Assembly: GCA_022841345.1 (NCBI GenBank)
Contig: JALHRR010000008.1
Span: 96,994-147,109, forward strand
Length of the DNA: 50,116 bases
Direction of reading: 5' to 3'
From: Saprospiraceae bacterium
GTDB lineage: Bacteria; Bacteroidota; Bacteroidia; Chitinophagales; Saprospiraceae
This document shows positions 47,540-50,116 of the stretch, piece after piece (position 1 is the first letter of the stretch; each line of letters begins with the position of its first letter). The notes under the pieces were generated by a model. That model had not been told where the DNA came from, searched no databases, and saw only the letters and a list, made by a program, of their open reading frames with translations. Both the position numbers and the translations under genes were made by a program.

Positions 47540-48078
47540 CCGCGGAAATGAGCGCTGAAGCGGAGAAAAATGCAGGGAAGCGGAGAGAGGGGTGGTAATA
47601 ATCGTAATGTGGAATCAATTTTTTTCGCTCCTCCACAGGAAAGCAAAGATTTGAGATTTCAGTCCCCAAAGCTTTGGGGATCAGTAGTTTCAGATTTCAG
47701 ATTGAACAGCCGAATAGCAGCCGATTTTTTTGTACGGATCAGATATTTCGTAGATGAATTTAAAATTCATGAAATATGGGATCGAAGTTATAAACTTCGA
47801 CCATCGGGGGCCGCGGAAATGAGAGCTGAAGCGGAAGAAAATGCAGGGAAACGGTGGGAATCTAGGTAGTAATTGTATTATTAAAGGAACTTGTTGCTCT
47901 TCAACAGGAAAGCAATGATCAGATTTCAGGTTTCAGTCCTAAAAGCTTTGGGGATCAGATTTCAGATTGAACAGCCGAATAGCAGCCGATTTTTTTGTAT
48001 GGATCGGATATTTCGGAGATGAATTAAAAATTCATGAAATATGGGATCGAAGTTATAAACTTCGACCTTCGGGGACCT
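47540..48078. repeat. tandem duplication (2 × ~270 bp) of a composite palindromic repeat unit
   Basis: Unit 1 spans 47540-47810 and unit 2 spans 47811-48078. Each unit carries CCGCGGAAATGAG(C/A)GCTGAAGCGGA…GTCC(C/T)(C/A)AAAGCTTTGGGGATCAG…GATTGAACAGCCGAATAGCAGCCGATTTTTTTGTA…GATGAATT(T/A)AAAATTCATGAAATATGGGATCGAAGTTATAAACTTCGACC(A/T)TCGGGG. The units are about 90% identical and contain four internal palindromes. Confidence 0.85.
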
Positions 48079-48359
48079 CAGGCAATGGCAGTAGAAGTGG
48101 AAAATAAGGGTAGGGAGCAGAGCAAAGATCATCTTATATTCGCCTTTCCGAACACGATTCGAAAAATTAAGACTTATTCAAATATGAATGTCGTATGTTA
48201 GAAGGGGTTACTATAAACCAGCTTATTGATTTATTATATCTTTATCAGCTTCATTGAATGAAGAACATGAAAATCAAATTATAAGGTAATCTAAATTCAG
48301 AAAATGAAGTTTTGAATTACCCCACCAATAGTTTTTAATCCATCATAGAATCTCAGCTT

Positions 48360-48950
48360 ATGAGTATACATCAACCATTTTCAAGGCGCTTCTTCCTCAA
48401 GACCACTTCCTTCACTGCTGCACTGGCATTTATACCCAAAGGTGTCAGGTCGATATATGAAGAGGTGAAGAGATTTATCGTCCCTGCTAAAGACGTGATT
48501 CCTTTAAAGGTTTCTATCAATAAAAAAGAGTACTCCATCCAGGCGGATACACGTACGACTTTGCTGGATCTGCTTAGAGAAGATTTGCAACTTACGGGCA
48601 CCAAGAAAGGATGTGATCACGGGCAATGTGGCGCTTGCACAGTGCATATAGATGGCGAAAGAGCATTGAGCTGTTTGACGCTGGCAGCTATGATTCCCGG
48701 CAAAGAAATTACCACTATAGAAGGACTTGCAGATGGAGACAAATTACATCCCATGCAGGAAGCATTTCTCGAGTGTGATGGCTTTCAGTGTGGGTATTGT
48801 ACGCCCGGACAGATCATGTCTGCTGTATCCTGTGTGAAGGAAGGTCATACAGGATCAGTCTCCGAAATCAAAGAATTCATGAGCGGTAATTTGTGTCGTT
48901 GCGGAGCTTACAACGGCATTGTTGAATCCATTCAAAAAGTAGCAAAATGA
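48360..48950 (+). CDS. (2Fe-2S)-binding small subunit of a xanthine-dehydrogenase-family molybdoenzyme, Tat-exported (PaoA-like)
   Basis: Tat signal (RRFFLKTTSFTAALAF); plant-type ferredoxin cluster (CDHGQCGACTV) and a second 4-Cys cluster (CGYCTPG…CRCGAY). Confidence 0.85.
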   Translation: MSIHQPFSRRFFLKTTSFTAALAFIPKGVRSIYEEVKRFIVPAKDVIPLKVSINKKEYSIQADTRTTLLDLLREDLQLTGTKKGCDHGQCGACTVHIDGERALSCLTLAAMIPGKEITTIEGLADGDKLHPMQEAFLECDGFQCGYCTPGQIMSAVSCVKEGHTGSVSEIKEFMSGNLCRCGAYNGIVESIQKVAK

Positions 48951-49927
48951 GACCATTTACATTTAACAAAGCCGAAAGCATTCATAAAGCATTGTCGGGA
49001 AGAAAGGTAACTGCTCAGTATATCGCAGGCGGAACGAACCTGCTGGACCTGATGAAAAAACATATTTCCCAGCCGGAATCATTGGTGGATGTCACATCAG
49101 TGCTTTCAAATAAAATTGAAACTGATAAAAAGGGTATCAGCATAGGTGCTATGGTACGCAACAGTGCACTGACTCTTGACAAAAACATATTAGATGATTT
49201 CCCTCTGCTGGCAAAAGCAATTCTGGCCGGAGCTTCTCCGCAGATCAGAAACATGGCTTCTACCGGAGGCAATATATTGCAACGGACTCGTTGTCCCTAC
49301 TTTTATGATGTCACGACGCCCTGCAATAAGAGAAATCCCGGAAGTGGCTGCAGCGCAATTAAAGGTGAAAATCGAATGAGTGCCATTGTAGGATACAGTG
49401 AACAATGCGTTGCTGTACATCCATCAGATATGAGTGTGGCATTGGCGGCATTGGATGCAAATGTGCTCATCATTGATAAAAATCAAAAAGAGCAAATTAT
49501 CCCCTTCAAAGACTTTCACAGATTGCCGGGAGACAGGCCGGAACTGGACAATAATCTTCCGCCAGGAGCGCTGATACAGTCGATCGAAATACCCCGAAAC
49601 GCATTCGCAAAAAACTGTGCATATCTCAAGGTCAGAGACAGGGATTCGTATGCATTTGCATTGGTATCGGTAGCGGCAGCTTTGGAATTATCGGGAGGAA
49701 AAATCAGAGCGGCAAGACTGGCATCCGGTGGAGTGGCCCACAAACCCTGGCGATGGTATGAAGCGGAGGAGTTTTTAAAAGGCAAGGAAGCGAATATTAA
49801 GAATTTTGAAGAGGCAGCTGAAATAGCGTTGAAAGGAGTTAAGCCTTTGTCGGGGAATGGATTTAAGGGGCCGATGCTGAAGGGGGCGATTGTGACGGGG
49901 TTGAAACAGTGCGTAGAAATGCAATAG
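48947..49927 (+). CDS. FAD-binding medium subunit of molybdopterin dehydrogenase (PaoB/CoxM-like)
   Basis: FAD_binding_5 domain (AGGTNLLDLMK) and the CO-dehydrogenase flavoprotein C-domain; the large Mo subunit is expected beyond the window end. Confidence 0.82.
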   Translation: MRPFTFNKAESIHKALSGRKVTAQYIAGGTNLLDLMKKHISQPESLVDVTSVLSNKIETDKKGISIGAMVRNSALTLDKNILDDFPLLAKAILAGASPQIRNMASTGGNILQRTRCPYFYDVTTPCNKRNPGSGCSAIKGENRMSAIVGYSEQCVAVHPSDMSVALAALDANVLIIDKNQKEQIIPFKDFHRLPGDRPELDNNLPPGALIQSIEIPRNAFAKNCAYLKVRDRDSYAFALVSVAAALELSGGKIRAARLASGGVAHKPWRWYEAEEFLKGKEANIKNFEEAAEIALKGVKPLSGNGFKGPMLKGAIVTGLKQCVEMQ

Positions 49928-50116
49928 ATTTCAGTTTTCAGATGTCAGTTTTCAGATTTTAGATTTGGAACAGCCGTAGCAGCCGATATTTTGTAAAGGG
50001 TGAATTTGTCGTAGACTTCGTTTGTAGGGAGTCGTTTGGTGGAGGTGTTTAGAAGTTTAGGATACAGCCTGATAGCAGCCGAATGGTTTATAGAAGTGAA
50101 TATGTCGTAGATTAAT
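49925..50116. repeat. repeat copy at window edge (TTTCAGA microsatellite, GGAACAGCCGTAGCAGCCGAT core ×2)
   Basis: tttcagttttcagatgtcagttttcagattttagatttggaacagccgtagcagccgat… and …gatagcagccgaatgg, matching the 47.7/48.0 kb units. Confidence 0.65.

Noticed and set aside
1-50116. Search for tRNA/rRNA genes in intergenic regions
   Set aside because: No GGTTCGAATCC-type T-arm, no CCA-ending cloverleaf candidates and no rRNA-like conserved blocks were found by eye in the intergenic regions; a tRNAscan/Infernal run would be definitive.

Overview
This ~50 kb window is a gene-dense chromosomal stretch from a likely Bacteroidota genome. Three observations support that phylum: a T9SS C-terminal sorting domain protein, TAnnTTTG-type -7 promoter motifs upstream of several genes, and a run of housekeeping genes (fumC, yceD-rpmF, trpS, prs, rplY, adk, obg, ssb, prfC). 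Between the housekeeping genes sit several accessory or regulatory modules:
(i) A sensor histidine kinase, a response regulator and a receiver–class III nucleotidyl cyclase operon, lying next to an NfeD–flotillin pair.
(ii) A peroxiredoxin–cysteine synthase–JAMM protease–ThiS/MoaD-like sulfur carrier–MoeZ-type E1 cluster. This is the CysO-type protein-thiocarboxylate cysteine pathway. It is preceded by two tandem Cys-codon-rich mini-ORFs, each followed by an intrinsic terminator, which may be cysteine-sensing leader-peptide attenuators.
(iii) A small AT-rich island carrying a RelE/HigB-like toxin, two HigA-like HTH genes (one frameshifted) and a class II Fic protein with operator-like inverted repeats.
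(iv) A TolC–MFP–FtsX permease–ABC ATPase efflux operon fused to a LytS-like kinase / LytTR regulator, with a T9SS-secreted protein immediately downstream.
(v) The first two subunits of a PaoABC-like periplasmic molybdo-enzyme at the window end.
A modular, palindrome-rich intergenic repeat family is strikingly abundant, with at least 9 loci. It includes a CATAACT heptamer VNTR and a tandem ~270-bp duplication. No rRNA or tRNA genes and no CRISPR arrays were seen.
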